This document shows, piece after piece, positions 62,525-64,000 of a stretch of 64,000 nucleotides of DNA (the first letter of the stretch is position 1; each line of letters starts with the position of its first letter). A program made the position numbers and the translations under genes. Below the pieces are notes generated by a model that was not told the origin of the DNA, did not search any database, and saw only the letters and a list, made by a program, of their open reading frames with translations. The stretch spans positions 120,471 through 184,470 of the forward strand of contig NIVC01002315.1 in NCBI GenBank assembly GCA_002269645.1. The letters run 5' to 3'. This stretch comes from Macrostomum lignano (taxonomy: Eukaryota).

Positions 62525-64000
62525 TATTTTAAACCCATAGTCAAGATCATGTCATGGTATACGCTGGAATAAAAAGTCCCCTAAAAAAATCTACGCCACT
62601 TTATACTGAAATGTATGCCAAGGTCCAAGGAACTTACGCTAGGTTTTCTAGGCTTTGTGACAATAAATGACCTTTTTTGCGTGTTATACATTTTTAACAA
62701 TAAAAATTTAACAAATGTGTGGTTTTCCTTTAAAGTAAATTGGCTTACAGATAATGCCAACAAAAATCAATTTTTTGTTTAAGTTTTTTTAGAAAATCAA
62801 CACGAATAGTTTGCGTGGAATTTTAAATTTTTATAAATCATAAACAGTTATGAACTTTCATCTTTGCTTACTAGTTTTATGGTTTTTATGATTTTCTAAT
62901 AAGATTCTGAGGTTACGGCATTATGCCAACAATTGTTAATATTAACTTTGACGTGAAGGTTGGAGTTGGCATATGCTGCTTGGTGTATTTACAACATGGC
63001 ATCACACCAAAAGGTACACCAAATATATTTTTTATGCCAATTGTACGCCGGAAATTTCTGGCATAATATACATCATCCTGACTATAGTTTCAAATATATA
63101 ATATGTTTATAATATAATATTAATATTGATTATTGTATTCAATCCAATGAAATGATCTAGCCTATATATATTTAAGTTTTTTTTTAATGAATATTGTTGA
63201 AGTATAACTTATAAGAAAATAAATAAGCATAGAGTTCTACCCCCTAGTTGTTTTTTCTAAACTATTGTTGGCCATATATTGCTAGTAGCTATACTGGTTC
63301 TATGAGAATTGCCTATAGACAAATTGACTGCCAAGCTTTTCTTGCCAAGATTTGCCTATAGTGCATTTTGCCCATAAGTAAATTGCCTGTGGTGATTTGT
63401 CTACCTAGGCTAGAATTGCCTGCCAAGTTTTTTTCTGCCAAGGTTTGCCTCCAATGTTTTTTCCTGCAGTGCATTAATGCATTAGCTACATATGGTAGAT
63501 TTTGTTTGCATTACCTCTCTAATGCTTAATAAGTTTTAATAAAGAGATTTTCTTAACTTAATCAAAATATTTTTTTAGTAATTGCATATCAAATGCATAT
63601 TTTCTAAGACTAAATTATATTTAAGTTTATAAAAAATATGTATATTTTATATTTATAAAAAATTTCTTAATGATTTTGTATAAAACTTCATATCTTTGCC
63701 TATTTGACTATTGAGGCAGAAGGCCTTTTAGTTCAATAGATATAATGGCAGCAAAGATTTTGCGCTACTTTGCGCATATATTTATTTACACAAACAGTGT
63801 GATATTAAAAGGCCTAGGAAGTGCAAAAAGGTGGCATGGCATGATAGGCTATGCCAACTCTCCTAGCTTAGCAAGCCAGCTATACAAAACTGTTGTAGCT
63901 GCTAGCTATGGTGTTGCTGGGCTACAGTGGCTGCTGGCTACAGTGTTGCTAGGCTATGATGTTGCTGGCTGCAGTGCACTAGGCTGCAATGCTATTAGAC

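Overview
Eukaryotic (animal) genomic DNA in the standard code: GC-rich spliced exons, introns and intergenic spaces packed with private minisatellites, and sharply bounded AT-rich blocks almost free of CpG. The style suggests a free-living flatworm such as Macrostomum (inference, not proven). Supported genes: a class A peptide-type GPCR (+), an uncharacterised multi-exon gene with SQ/FSQR repeats (-), RFX5/7-type transcription factor (-), cereblon (+), METTL15/RsmH (+), a RING-Bbox-coiled-coil-NHL (TRIM-NHL) gene (+), tRNA-Ser(AGA) (+), RPL14 (-) and ubiquitin-RPS27A (-). Mobile DNA: two Penelope-like 3' ends with hammerhead motifs, three tRNA-derived SINE copies, and several MITEs with readable TSDs (hAT-, MULE/foldback-, P- and Merlin-like), one a 692-bp near-perfect palindrome. 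About 22 tandem arrays account for most long ORFs in the ORF track. Most notable observations: (1) METTL15 has no in-frame ATG in its first large exon but an in-frame splice acceptor, so a spliced leader ending in AUG could supply the start codon; (2) position-dependent CpG erasure (CG to TG/CA/TA), with one boundary running through a single retroelement; (3) an orphan gene whose coding repeats resemble repeats in its own intron; (4) an intron made almost entirely of branch-point motifs. All coordinates and counts were read by eye.
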